From the NCBI GenBank assembly GCA_963850095.1, contig CAWKJX010000012.1, positions 291,737 through 355,736 of the forward strand: 64,000 nucleotides of DNA, in the 5' to 3' direction. A program made the translations under genes and the position numbers. The stretch is from an uncultured Acidimicrobiaceae bacterium (GTDB lineage Bacteria > Actinomycetota > Acidimicrobiia > Acidimicrobiales > RAAP-2). Position 1 is the first letter of the stretch. Each line of letters opens with the position of its first letter. The notes under the pieces were generated by a model. The model saw only the letters and a list, made by a program, of their open reading frames with translations. It did no database searches and had not been told where the DNA came from. Of this stretch, positions 37,439 through 46,582 are shown piece after piece.

Positions 37439-38107
37439 TCAGCGGGACACCGCGCGCAGGCAGAAGGCGGTGACCTGCTCGACCTCGACCGGGGTGGGTT
37501 CGACACGCTGCCACACGCAATCCGAGAGCAGGCCGAAGGTGGCGTGAGCGGCCAGGGCGGCATCGAAGCTCGGGGGTCTCGCTGCCCAGGTCGGCAAAGG
37601 GCTCGTGGAGGAGCGAGGCGACGGGTGCGCTGGCAAAGTGGCGACCCGTGGCCAGTCCCCCGTCGGCGCCACTGCCGTTCCACAGCACGGCCAGCGTGGT
37701 GGCCGCGCTCTCGGTGTCCGCCTGGGCCAGCACGCCGGCGACCCAGCGGCGGACCTTGGTCTCGGGCGTCTTCTCCTTGGCCAGCTGATGGTCGAGGTAG
37801 TCGCGCAGGCGCTCACCGCCGTCCTCGAGGATGGCCGTGACCAGTGCGTCCTTGGAGGGGAAGTGCCGGTAGAAGGCGTCGTTGGAAAGGCCGGCGGCGG
37901 CCACGATGTCGGCCACCCGGGGCGCGAGGTGGTGCCGTGCTGACGCATGAGGTCGAGCGCGGCATCGAGCAGGCGCCGGACCTCGCCGGCGTACTCGCTC
38001 TCCCGTTTGGCCAGGCTGCGGCGGACGATGCGTCCGGCGACGTCGGTCCCTCCGCCGCCGGCGGGCGCCGTGGGCTGGGCCTCGGTGGTCGGTATTGTGT
38101 TCTTGAT
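37439..38107 (-). pseudogene. TetR/AcrR family transcriptional regulator, two frame breaks and no canonical start codon visible
   Basis: Frame A (own translation plus ORF 37439..37948) gives ..RIVRRSLAKRESEYAGEVRRLLDAALDLMRQHGTTSRP. A 1-nt deletion in the CCCC/GGG run (37926-37932) leads to frame B (ORF 36996..37916): VADIVAAAGLSNDAFYRHFPSKDALV...HEPFADLGSETP. An extra C in the C5 run (37572-37576) returns to frame A: SFDAALAAHATFGLLSDCVWQRVEPTPVEVEQVTAFCLRAVSR-stop. The 5' end is uncertain: only ATC/CTG/ATT are in frame upstream. Confidence 0.65.
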
Positions 38108-38110
38108 AGT

Positions 38111-38125
38111 CAGAATCCTATTCTG
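38111..38125. promoter_or_regulatory. palindrome CAGAAT-cct-ATTCTG in TetR/ACAD divergent gap (candidate TetR operator)
   Basis: Read directly in the sequence. It lies 26 nt upstream of the ACAD ATG (38152), at or within the 5' end of the divergent TetR gene. Confidence 0.4.
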
Positions 38126-38151
38126 GCAAGGACGAGTCAGGGAGGGCGCAC

Positions 38152-39453
38152 ATGGCGTGGGACTTTGAAACCGATCCCGAGTACCAGACGAAGCTGGACT
38201 GGGTCGACCAGTTCGTGCGGGAGGAGGTCGAACCCCTCGACCTGGCCTTTCCCCACCTGCAATTCACTCCCCTCGAGGGCAAGCGGCGCGAGGCGATCGA
38301 CCCGCTGAAGGAGGAGGTGCGTCGACAAGGGTTGTGGGCCACCCACCTGGGACCCGAACTCGGTGGCCAGGGCTACGGGCAGTTGAAGCTGGCCCTGCTC
38401 AACGAAATCCTCGGACGCTCGTCGTGGGCGCCCATCGTCTTCGGGTGCCAGGCGCCCGACACGGGCAACGCGGAGATCATCGCCCACTACGGCACGGACG
38501 CGCAGAAGGAGCGCTACCTGCAGCCGCTGCTCACCGGCGAATGCTTCTCGAGCTATTCCATGACCGAGCCACATGCCGGCGCCGACCCCACCCTGTTCAA
38601 GACGCGGGCCGAGAAGGACGGTGACGAGTGGGTGATCAACGGCTGGAAATACTTCTCCTCGAACGCGAAGACGGCATCGTTCCTCATTGTGATGGCGGTG
38701 ACGAACCCGGAGATCAGCCCCTACAAGGGCATGTCCATGTTCCTGGTGCCCACCGACACGCCCGGCGTCAACATTGTGCGCAACGTCGGCCTCTATGGCG
38801 AGCCCGTCAACGAGGGCTCGCACGCCCTCATCCACTACGAGGACGTGCGCGTCCCGGAAGAGTCACTGCTGGGCGGCGACGGGCAGGCCTTCGTAATCGC
38901 CCAGACCCGACTCGGCGGCGGACGCATCCACCACGCCATGCGCACCATCGGCATGGCCCAGAAGGCGATCGACATGATGTGCGAGCGCGCGCTGAGCCGT
39001 GAGACACAGGGCAGCCTGCTGGCGGACAAGCAATTCGTGCAGGGCTACATCGCCGACTCGTACGCCCAGCTGATCCAGTTCCGCTTGTTCGTGCTCTACA
39101 CGGCGTGGGAGATCGACAAGTACAACGACTACAAGCGGGTGCGTAAGGACATCGCCACGGCCAAAGTCGTCATGCCCACCGTGCTGCACGACATCGCCTG
39201 GCGCGCCATGCAGGTGCACGGCGCGCTCGGGACGACCAACGAAATGCCGTTCTTCGGCATGATCCACGGCGCCGGCGTCATGGGCCTGGCCGACGGGCCG
39301 ACCGAGGTGCACAAGATCACCGTGGCCCGTCAGGTGCTGCGCGACTACAAGCCGAGCGACGACATCTGGCCGACCCAGTGGCTGCCCAAGCGCCAGGAGG
39401 CGGCCCGGGCCAAGTTCGCCGAATACCTCGAGCTCGAGGTCGGGAACCTGTGA
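38152..39453 (+). CDS. acyl-CoA dehydrogenase (ACAD10/11-, FadE2-like; 433 aa)
   Basis: ORF 38152..39453. The ATG follows CAGGGAGGG. Motifs: SMTEPHAGADPT, INGWKYFSSNA, ADGPTEVHKITVAR. Confidence 0.85.
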   Translation: MAWDFETDPEYQTKLDWVDQFVREEVEPLDLAFPHLQFTPLEGKRREAIDPLKEEVRRQGLWATHLGPELGGQGYGQLKLALLNEILGRSSWAPIVFGCQAPDTGNAEIIAHYGTDAQKERYLQPLLTGECFSSYSMTEPHAGADPTLFKTRAEKDGDEWVINGWKYFSSNAKTASFLIVMAVTNPEISPYKGMSMFLVPTDTPGVNIVRNVGLYGEPVNEGSHALIHYEDVRVPEESLLGGDGQAFVIAQTRLGGGRIHHAMRTIGMAQKAIDMMCERALSRETQGSLLADKQFVQGYIADSYAQLIQFRLFVLYTAWEIDKYNDYKRVRKDIATAKVVMPTVLHDIAWRAMQVHGALGTTNEMPFFGMIHGAGVMGLADGPTEVHKITVARQVLRDYKPSDDIWPTQWLPKRQEAARAKFAEYLELEVGNL

Positions 39454-40535
39454 GCACGATCGAGGAGGACCTGTTCGGCGGTCCGGCGCCGACCATCGCG
39501 GACGTCGACAAGCTGACGGCCTGGCTCGACACCCAGGGTCTGGGTGCCGGCGCACCGTTGGAGCACCACTACATTTCCGGCGGCAGCCAGAACGAGATCT
39601 TCGAGCTGCGCCGGGGCGACCTGCACTGCGCCATGCGCATCCCGCCGAAGAGCGCGCCGTCGTCGCGTGACGACGGCATCGTGCGCGAGTGGCGCATCAT
39701 CGAGGCGCTGACCGGGACCGACGTCCCGCACACCGAGGCCATCGCCGTGTGCACCGACCCGGCCGTGCTGGGCCGCACCTTCTACCTGATGGGTTTCGTC
39801 GACGGGTGGTCCCCCATGTCCACCCGGCGCCAATGGCCGCCGCCCTTCGACACCGACCTCGAGCAGCGCGGCGGACTGGCTCTCCAGCTGGTCGAGGGCA
39901 TCGCCCTGCTGGGCAACGTCGACTGGCAGGCCAAGGGACTGGCGGACCTGGGGCGACCCGAGGGTTTCCACGAGCGCCAGGTCGACCGCTGGACCGCGTT
40001 CCTCGAGCGGATCAAGGGCCGCGAGCTGCCCGGCTTCGACGAGGCGGCCGCCTGGCTGCGAGCGCACCGTCCCATCGACTACATCCCCGGCATTATGCAC
40101 GGCGACTACCAGTTCGCCAACGTGATGTTCAAGCACGGCGGGCCGGCCCGCCTGGCCGCCATCGTGGACTGGGAGATGGGCACGGTGGGCGACCCCAAGC
40201 TGGACCTGGGGTGGGTCGTGCAATCCTGGCCCGAGGACACGACGAGCGACGAGGACCGCCAAGGCGGCTACGTCGACATGACCGGCATGCCGTCGCGCGA
40301 CGAGGTCCTGGCCCACTACGCCAAGACGTCGGGCCGCCAGGTCGACGACATCGACTACTACTGCGTGCTGGCCAAGTGGAAGCTGGCCGTCGTGCTGGAG
40401 CAAGGCTTCCAGCGTGCCGCCGACGACGAGAAATTGATGGCGTTCGGTCCCATTGTGCTCGGCCTCATGGCGGGTGCGGCCGAGCTGGCCGAGACGACCG
40501 ACTACGCGGTGCTCGCCACCTCGGGCACCGACTGA
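39450..40535 (+). CDS. phosphotransferase (aminoglycoside-phosphotransferase/choline-kinase fold, 361 aa)
   Basis: In frame with ORF 39378..40535. The GTG at 39450 overlaps the ACAD stop (GTGA). Motifs: catalytic loop HGDYQFANVMF (HxDxxxxN), IVDWEMGTVGDP. Confidence 0.85.
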   Translation: MSTIEEDLFGGPAPTIADVDKLTAWLDTQGLGAGAPLEHHYISGGSQNEIFELRRGDLHCAMRIPPKSAPSSRDDGIVREWRIIEALTGTDVPHTEAIAVCTDPAVLGRTFYLMGFVDGWSPMSTRRQWPPPFDTDLEQRGGLALQLVEGIALLGNVDWQAKGLADLGRPEGFHERQVDRWTAFLERIKGRELPGFDEAAAWLRAHRPIDYIPGIMHGDYQFANVMFKHGGPARLAAIVDWEMGTVGDPKLDLGWVVQSWPEDTTSDEDRQGGYVDMTGMPSRDEVLAHYAKTSGRQVDDIDYYCVLAKWKLAVVLEQGFQRAADDEKLMAFGPIVLGLMAGAAELAETTDYAVLATSGTD

Positions 40536-40541
40536 ACCTTC

Positions 40542-41522
40542 GTGCGCGCCGCGCTCTGCCGCACCTACGGCGGCCCCGAGGTCGTGGTGGTCGAGGACGT
40601 GCCGGTGCCGGAGATCGGCCCCGGCCAGGTACGGGTGCGCATCACCATCGCCGCCCTGAACTTCCCCGACGTGCTGGTGGTGGCGAACCAGTACCAGGCG
40701 CAGGCCCCGACGCCGTTCATCCCCGGCAGCGAGTTCGCCGGCGAGGTCGTCGAGGTGGGTGACGGCGTGACCGGATTCGCCGTGGGCGACCGGGTGTTCG
40801 GCTCGACCTTCATCGGCGCCTTCGCCGAAGAGGTGGTCGTGGGCACAGGATCGCTGACGCGCACGCCGCCCGACGTGGACGACCGTGTGGCGGCCTCCTT
40901 CGGCGTGGCCTACAAGACGGCGTACCACGTGTTGCGCTCGGTGGCCTCGCTGGCAGCCGGTGAAGAACTGATTGTGCTGGGAGCCGGCGGCGGAGTGGGC
41001 TCGGCCGCGGTCCAGCTGGGCGCAGTGCTGGGTGCGTCGGTGACGGCAGTGGCCTCGTCGCCCGAGAAGCTCCAGGCGGCCAAGGCGTGCGGCGCCGAGC
41101 GTCTCATCCAGCACGGATCGGGCGACCTACGCCAGGCGCTCCGCGACGCCCTGCCCGACGGAGCAGACGTGGTGATCGACCCCGTCGGAGGTGATCTGGC
41201 CGAGCCCGCCTTGCGGACCCTGCACTACGACGGGCGCTTCGTCACAGTCGGCTACGCCTCGGGGACCATTCCGCGCATACCTCTCAACTTGGTGCTCCTG
41301 AAGGGTGTCCACGTTCTCGGCTTCCAATTCCGCGACTTCGCCCTGCACCGGGGCGATGAAATGGTCCGCAACGACGCCGAGCTGCTGGGCCTGCTGGCGG
41401 AGGGAAAGGCCGAGCCCCTGATCGGGGCCACGTTCGGGCTCGATGAGGCGGCAGCCGCCCTGGCCTACGTGGCCGAGGGACGGGCGGTGGGCAAGGTGGT
41501 GCTCGAGGTGGCACCCGTCTAA
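40542..41522 (+). CDS. MDR-family NADPH:quinone oxidoreductase / zinc-type alcohol dehydrogenase-like protein
   Basis: ORF 40542..41522, GTG start. Sequence: PGQVRVRITIAALNFPDV..., nucleotide motif VLGAGGGVGSAAVQLG. Confidence 0.85.
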   Translation: MRAALCRTYGGPEVVVVEDVPVPEIGPGQVRVRITIAALNFPDVLVVANQYQAQAPTPFIPGSEFAGEVVEVGDGVTGFAVGDRVFGSTFIGAFAEEVVVGTGSLTRTPPDVDDRVAASFGVAYKTAYHVLRSVASLAAGEELIVLGAGGGVGSAAVQLGAVLGASVTAVASSPEKLQAAKACGAERLIQHGSGDLRQALRDALPDGADVVIDPVGGDLAEPALRTLHYDGRFVTVGYASGTIPRIPLNLVLLKGVHVLGFQFRDFALHRGDEMVRNDAELLGLLAEGKAEPLIGATFGLDEAAAALAYVAEGRAVGKVVLEVAPV

Positions 41523-41523
41523 T

Positions 41524-41543
41524 ATCGACGTCGATGTCAAGGT
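41524..41543 (+). promoter_or_regulatory. GACGTCG box, copy e (candidate operator)
   Basis: ATCGACGTCGATGTCAAGGT lies immediately after the oxidoreductase stop (41520-41522) and 16 nt upstream of the CoA-transferase GTG 41560. Confidence 0.6.
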
Positions 41544-41559
41544 CAGAGGGAGGGTTGCG

Positions 41560-42787
41560 GTGAGCGCGACCGCTGTGATGAAGGGCGTACGCGTCCTGGA
41601 AGTAGCCGAGCAGACGTTCGTGCCGGCGGCCTCGGCCCTCCTGGCCGACTGGGGGGCCGAGATCATCAAGATCGAGCCGACCGAACGCGGCGACGCCATG
41701 CGCGGCCTGGCCGCCACCGGCGTGATGCCGCTCACCGGCGACGTCCACCCCCTGATGGAGCACTCGAACCGCGGCAAGCGCAGCCTGGCCCTCGACCTGG
41801 GCTCGCCCGACGGACTCGAGATCCTCTACAAATTGGCGGAGACGGCCGACGTGTTCCTGATCAACAAGCTGCCGCGGGTGCGCAAGAAGCTCAAGATCGA
41901 GCTCGAGGACATTCGCGCCCACAACCCGAACATCATCTACGTGGCGGGCACGGGGCAGGGCGAGCGAGGACCCGACGCCGACAAGGGCTCCTACGACGCG
42001 CTCGGCGTTCTGGTACCGGGCCGGGGTGGCGCTGGGCGTCAAACCGGCCGACCAGGACCTGATGCCGGGGCCACCGGGGCCCGGCTTCGGCGATTCCATC
42101 GGCGCCATGACCATCGCCGGCGGAATTATGGGCGCGCTGTTCCACCGCGAGCGCACCGGCGAGGCCACCACCGTCGACGTGTCGCTCCTCAGCTCGGGCA
42201 TGTGGGCCATGGGCCAGGCCTTCGCACTCTCGCTCCTGCTCAACCAGCCCTGGCAGGGGCCTCCCTCCAACGCGCCCCGGCTCAACCCGCTCGTGCGCAA
42301 CTACCAGACCAAGGACGAGCGCCAACTGGCCCTGTGCTGCCTGCAGGCCACCCGCTACTGGGGAGAGCTGTGCGAACTGGTGGGCCAGCCTGAGGCGGCG
42401 ACCGATCCCCGCTTTGCCGACCACGAGTCACTCATGGAGAACACGGCGGACGCGCAGGCACTGATGGCGACTGCGTTCGCCGAGCGGCCGCTGACCGAAT
42501 GGCGCGAGCGGCTGGCCGACTTCACCGGGCAGTGGTGCGTCGTGCAGGACACGCTCGAGGCAGCCACGGTTGATCCGCAGGTGGCGGCCAACGGGTACAT
42601 GCAGGACAGCGCCACGGCGTCGGGCACGCCCTTCCAGCTCGTGGCGGCGCCGGTGCAGTTCGGTGGCGAGGCCGCGCCCGTGGGCCGGTCGCCCGAATTC
42701 AACGAACACGGCGACGACATCCTGGCCGAGCTCGGAATCGACTGGGATACCATCGTCGACCTCAAGGTCCGCTCCGTGGTCGGGTGA
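41560..42787 (+). pseudogene. family III CoA-transferase (CaiB/BaiF type), one +1 frame break at about 42003-42006
   Basis: The GTG at 41560 (AGAGGGAGGG upstream) gives SATAVMKGVRVLEVAEQTFVPAASALLADWGAEIIKIE...GSYDAL. After an extra G, AFWYRAGVALGVKPADQDLMPGPPGPGFGDSIGAMTIAGGIMGAL... follows (own translation plus ORF 42026..42787). Confidence 0.8.
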
Positions 42788-42839
42788 CGATCACGCCTTT
42801 CGCCTGTTCTTCAATCGTCTATTTGTCAGGAGGAAACTG

Positions 42840-43667
42840 ATGGGATCGTTCGACGCATTTCGCTACGACGGCAAGCGGGTCCTGGTGGTCGGCGGCGCGA
42901 CCGGCATGGGTGCCGCCGCCGCAGAGCTGGCCCAGGACGCCGGGGCCGAGGTCGTGGTCATGGACTACGCCGAGGTGAAGCTGCCCGGGGCCAAGGCCAT
43001 CCACGTCAACCTCGGCGAGAAGGAATCCATCGACCAGGCGGTCGACGAGTGCGGTGGCCCGGTGCACGCGCTGATGGCCTGCGCCGGCGTGGCCGACGGC
43101 ACGCCCAACATTGAGAAGATCAACTTCGCCGGGCACCGCCATCTGATTGAGCGCATGCTGGCGGGCGGCATGCTGCCGCGGGGCTCGGCCATCGGCTTCA
43201 TCTCCTCGGCGGCCGGCCTCGGTTGGGAGGCCAGCTGGGACCAGGTGAAGGAGTACCTGGACACGCCCGACTTCGACTCCGCCTCGGCCTGGGCCATTGA
43301 GCACGGCTGGGCCGACTACTTCCACTCCAAGCAGGCCGTGTGCGGCTACGTGGCCCGGGAGGCGTTCGGGCTGCTCAAGCAGGGCATCCGCATCAACGCC
43401 ATCTGCCCCGGGCCGACGGACACTCCCCTGGCTCAGGCCAACGCCGAAATGTGGCTGGGCTTCGGCGCCGACTTCCGCGAGGAGACCGGGATCGAGGCCT
43501 CCACTCCGCTCGAGCAGGCCTACCCGCTCGTGTTCCTGTGCAGCGACGCCGCGGCCGCCATTTCGGGTCAGACGCTGATCAGCGACGTCGGCTACGTCAG
43601 CTCGGGCATCACCGAGTCGTTCCCGCCGGCCGCCGCCGCCGCCGGCTTCCTGCTGGGCCGGATGTAA
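42840..43667 (+). CDS. short-chain dehydrogenase/reductase family protein (275 aa)
   Basis: In frame with ORF 42570..43667. The ATG at 42840 follows AGGAGGAA. Sequence: GKRVLVVGGATGMGAAAAELA, ...INAICPGPTDTPL. Confidence 0.8.
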   Translation: MGSFDAFRYDGKRVLVVGGATGMGAAAAELAQDAGAEVVVMDYAEVKLPGAKAIHVNLGEKESIDQAVDECGGPVHALMACAGVADGTPNIEKINFAGHRHLIERMLAGGMLPRGSAIGFISSAAGLGWEASWDQVKEYLDTPDFDSASAWAIEHGWADYFHSKQAVCGYVAREAFGLLKQGIRINAICPGPTDTPLAQANAEMWLGFGADFREETGIEASTPLEQAYPLVFLCSDAAAAISGQTLISDVGYVSSGITESFPPAAAAAGFLLGRM

Positions 43668-43670
43668 GCA

Positions 43671-43690
43671 CCGGCGCCGACCGGCGCCGG
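43671..43690 (+). terminator. 8-bp GC hairpin CCGGCGCC-gacc-GGCGCCGG just after the SDR stop
   Basis: Read directly in the sequence, 3 nt after the TAA at 43665-43667. There is no U-tract. It could be an attenuator or terminator within the long plus-strand operon. Confidence 0.3.
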
Positions 43691-43709
43691 CCCGCGGTAT
43701 GAGAGCCCT

Positions 43710-44501
43710 ATGACCACAACAGTGAACGGCGAGCCCGGCGCGGGCGAGCGGCGGCACGTCCTCCAGGACCTGGGGTGGGCGATGACCCGCTCGGAGGACG
43801 ACGCATTGCGCGGCTCGGCCCCGGTCGTCCCGGAAATGCACGCTCCCGGGACGGGTCACCTGCGCCTGTCCATTTTGGCCATCTGGGCCGACGTCATGGC
43901 CGGCACCCTGGCCGCGTCCACCATCCACCCCCGGGTCCCGGTCACACTCGAGCTCGACGTCCACCTCTACGTCCCGCCACCCGGAACCGGCGTCGTCCAG
44001 GGGCGGGCCAGGATCGTGAAGTCGGGCCGCTCGGTCTTCGTGGCCAGCGTCGACTTCACCACGGAGGACGACGAGGCCATCGGCTTCGCCGCCGCCTCGT
44101 TCATGCCCGCGCCCGACGCGCGGTTGACCATCGAGACCCCGCTCGGCGTGGACCGGCCCATGCCGAAGGGGCCGGCCCTGTCCGTACCCTTCGCCGAGCG
44201 GGCCGGATGCACACGCACGTCGCCCGGCGAAGCGGTCCTGACCCGCTCGGACGAGTCCCTGAACGCGTCGAACACGCTGAACGGCGGCCTGATCGCCCTG
44301 GCGGCGGAGGAGGCGGCGCTGTCCCTGGCCCCCGGCGCCACCCTGGCCTCGCTCGACCTTCGTTACCTGCAGTCGGTCCGCGTCGGCCCCGCCGTGGCCC
44401 AGGCCGACGTGCGCGACGGGCTCGGGCGGGTCGAGGTGCACGATGCCGGGAACGAGAACCGGCTGTGCGTCGTGGCGACCTGCCGCACGTTCGGGCCATA
44501 G
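43710..44501 (+). CDS. PaaI/YbgC-like hotdog-fold thioesterase, tandem (two hotdog halves, 263 aa)
   Basis: ORF 43710..44501. The two halves are similar: ..LAIWADVMAGTLA..RIVKSGRSVFVASVDF and ..LNGGLIALAAEEAALSLAP..GLGRVEVHD. Confidence 0.65.
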   Translation: MTTTVNGEPGAGERRHVLQDLGWAMTRSEDDALRGSAPVVPEMHAPGTGHLRLSILAIWADVMAGTLAASTIHPRVPVTLELDVHLYVPPPGTGVVQGRARIVKSGRSVFVASVDFTTEDDEAIGFAAASFMPAPDARLTIETPLGVDRPMPKGPALSVPFAERAGCTRTSPGEAVLTRSDESLNASNTLNGGLIALAAEEAALSLAPGATLASLDLRYLQSVRVGPAVAQADVRDGLGRVEVHDAGNENRLCVVATCRTFGP

Positions 44502-44520
44502 GTCGGAGGGCAGAGGGCAG

Positions 44521-44979
44521 ATGAGAGAGCAGCGCCGGGGCCAGAAAGTGGCGATGTCGTCGGAGGAGCGTGACGCCTTCCTGGCCGAGGAGCGCACCTG
44601 CCGCGTGGCCAGCCTCGGCGGGGACGGTTCGCCGCACGTCACGCCACTGTGGTTCGCCTGGGACGGCGCGTCGCTCTGGCTGACCTCCATCGTGCGCAGC
44701 CAGCGCTGGGCCGACCTGCAGCGCGACAATCGGGTCAGCGTCATTGTCGACGCCGGCCGGGAGTTCACCGAGCTGCGCGGCGTCGAGCTGCGGGGCGTGG
44801 TCGAGGTGGTGGGCGAGGTGCCGCGGACAGGCGAGGCGGTCCCAGAGCTCGAGACGCCCGAACGGATCTTCGCCGACAAGTACGCCGGAGGGCGGGTGCA
44901 CCACGACGGCCGGCACGCCTGGCTCCGGGTCACCCCGGACAAAATCGTGAGCTGGGACTTCCGAAAGACGATGGGCTGA
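44521..44979 (+). CDS. pyridoxamine 5'-phosphate oxidase family (split beta-barrel, possibly F420/FMN-dependent) protein
   Basis: In frame with ORF 44443..44979. The ATG at 44521 follows GGAGGGCAGAGGG. Sequence: MSSEERDAFLAEERTCRVASLGGDGSPHVTPLWFAWDGASLWLTS... Confidence 0.7.
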   Translation: MREQRRGQKVAMSSEERDAFLAEERTCRVASLGGDGSPHVTPLWFAWDGASLWLTSIVRSQRWADLQRDNRVSVIVDAGREFTELRGVELRGVVEVVGEVPRTGEAVPELETPERIFADKYAGGRVHHDGRHAWLRVTPDKIVSWDFRKTMG

Positions 44980-44991
44980 GAGGAGATCTGT

Positions 44992-45423
44992 ATGACCGCA
45001 CAACGCAGCGTGGCCGAAGGTCTGTTCGAATGGCCGTCCTCCGAGCCGCGGGTGCACGCCTCGCGCTGTGACGGCTGCGCCTTCATCACCTTCCCGGCGC
45101 AGGACGCCTGCCCGAGCTGCGGTGGCGACGCCGTGACGCCCACCCTCTTGTCGAGGACGGGGACACTGTGGACGTGGACCCGCCAGCGCTTCCAGCCCAA
45201 GAACCCGCCCTACCTAGGGCGGGAGCCGGCGGCGGACTTCGTGCCGTACGGGGTGGGGTTCATAGAGCTGCCCGAGGGCCGCATTGAGGCGCGCCTCGCC
45301 GGCGACGTCGACCAGGAGCTGCGCATCGGCATGCCGATGGAGCTGACGGTGGTGCCCTTCGCCAGCGACGAGGACGGGACCGAGGTCCTGACCTACGCCT
45401 TCCGCCCGGTCGCCGAGAGCTGA
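44992..45423 (+). CDS. DUF35 Zn-ribbon/OB-fold protein (thiolase partner)
   Basis: ORF 44992..45423. The ATG follows GAGAGGAG. Zn ribbon CDGCAFITFPAQDACPSCGG, then the OB fold GVGFIELPEGRIEARL. Confidence 0.85.
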   Translation: MTAQRSVAEGLFEWPSSEPRVHASRCDGCAFITFPAQDACPSCGGDAVTPTLLSRTGTLWTWTRQRFQPKNPPYLGREPAADFVPYGVGFIELPEGRIEARLAGDVDQELRIGMPMELTVVPFASDEDGTEVLTYAFRPVAES

Positions 45424-45436
45424 GGAGGAACAGAGC

Positions 45437-46582
45437 ATGGACGACGTCGCCATCATCGGGGTGGGGCGCCACCCCTTCGGCCGGTTTGCCGGCGTGTCCG
45501 CCATCGAAATGGCGGCCAAGGCGGTCCGGCTGGCCCTGCAGGACGCCGGGATCACCTGGAAGGACGTGCAGTTCGCCTTCGGAGGCAGCTACGAGGTGGA
45601 CAACCCCGACGCCGTGGTGAACTTCCTCGGACTGACCGGGCTCCCATTCACCGACGTCTACAACGGGTGCGCCACCGCGGCCAGCGCGCTGACCCAGGCG
45701 GCCAACACCCTCCGGCTCGGCGAGTACGACCTCGGCATGGCCATCGGCATGGACAAGCACCTGCCGGGAGCCTTCGCCGCCGACCCCGTCCAGTACGGCG
45801 TCCCGAGCTGGTACGGCGAGACCGGGCTCTTCCTGACCCCGAAGTTCTTCGCCATGAAGATCCAGCGCTACATGCATGACTTCGACATCAGTCCCCGGAC
45901 CCTGGCCAGGGTGGCGGCCAAGAACTACCGCAACGGCGCCCTGAATCCCGACGCGTTCCGCCGCCAGCCACTCAGCGAGGAGCAGATCCTCGAGTCGCCC
46001 ATGGTCAACGACCCGCTGACCCAGTACATGTTCTGCGCACCCGACGAAGGCGCGGCGGCCGTGGTGCTGTGCCGGGCCGAGATCGCGCACCGGTTCACCT
46101 CCACGCCGATCTATCTGAAGGCGTCGGTGGTGCGGACGCGGCGCCTCGGCGCCTTCGAGGTGCACAGCCCGTGGCTCCCGCTCGAGCGCGCCGACGCCCC
46201 GACCGTCGACGCGTCGCGGGCGGCCTACGCCATGGCCGGCCTCGGGCCCGAGGACGTCGACGTGGTGCAGCTGCAGGACACCGACGCCGGAGCCGAGGTG
46301 ATCCACATGGCCGAGAACGGGTTCTGCAAGGACGGCGAGCAGGAGGCGCTCCTGGCCGATGGCGCCACCGAAATCGGTGGCAGCCTCCCGGTCAACACCG
46401 ACGGCGGGCTCATCGCCAACGGGGAGCCCATCGGCGCCTCCGGCCTGCGCCAGGTGCACGAGCTGGTGCTCCAACTGCGCGGGGCGGCCGGCGACCGGCA
46501 GGTGCCCGGCACACCGCGTGTCGGCTACAGCCAGCTCTACGGGGCGCCGGGGACGGCCGGCGTCGCCATCATGTCGACCTAG
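45437..46582 (+). CDS. thiolase-like protein (SCP-x / lipid-transfer Ltp type, 381 aa)
   Basis: ORF 45437..46582. The ATG follows GAGGAGG. Sequence: VAIIGVGRHPFGRF...VYNGCATAASAL...NTDGGLIANGEPIGASGLRQV. Confidence 0.85.
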   Translation: MDDVAIIGVGRHPFGRFAGVSAIEMAAKAVRLALQDAGITWKDVQFAFGGSYEVDNPDAVVNFLGLTGLPFTDVYNGCATAASALTQAANTLRLGEYDLGMAIGMDKHLPGAFAADPVQYGVPSWYGETGLFLTPKFFAMKIQRYMHDFDISPRTLARVAAKNYRNGALNPDAFRRQPLSEEQILESPMVNDPLTQYMFCAPDEGAAAVVLCRAEIAHRFTSTPIYLKASVVRTRRLGAFEVHSPWLPLERADAPTVDASRAAYAMAGLGPEDVDVVQLQDTDAGAEVIHMAENGFCKDGEQEALLADGATEIGGSLPVNTDGGLIANGEPIGASGLRQVHELVLQLRGAAGDRQVPGTPRVGYSQLYGAPGTAGVAIMST

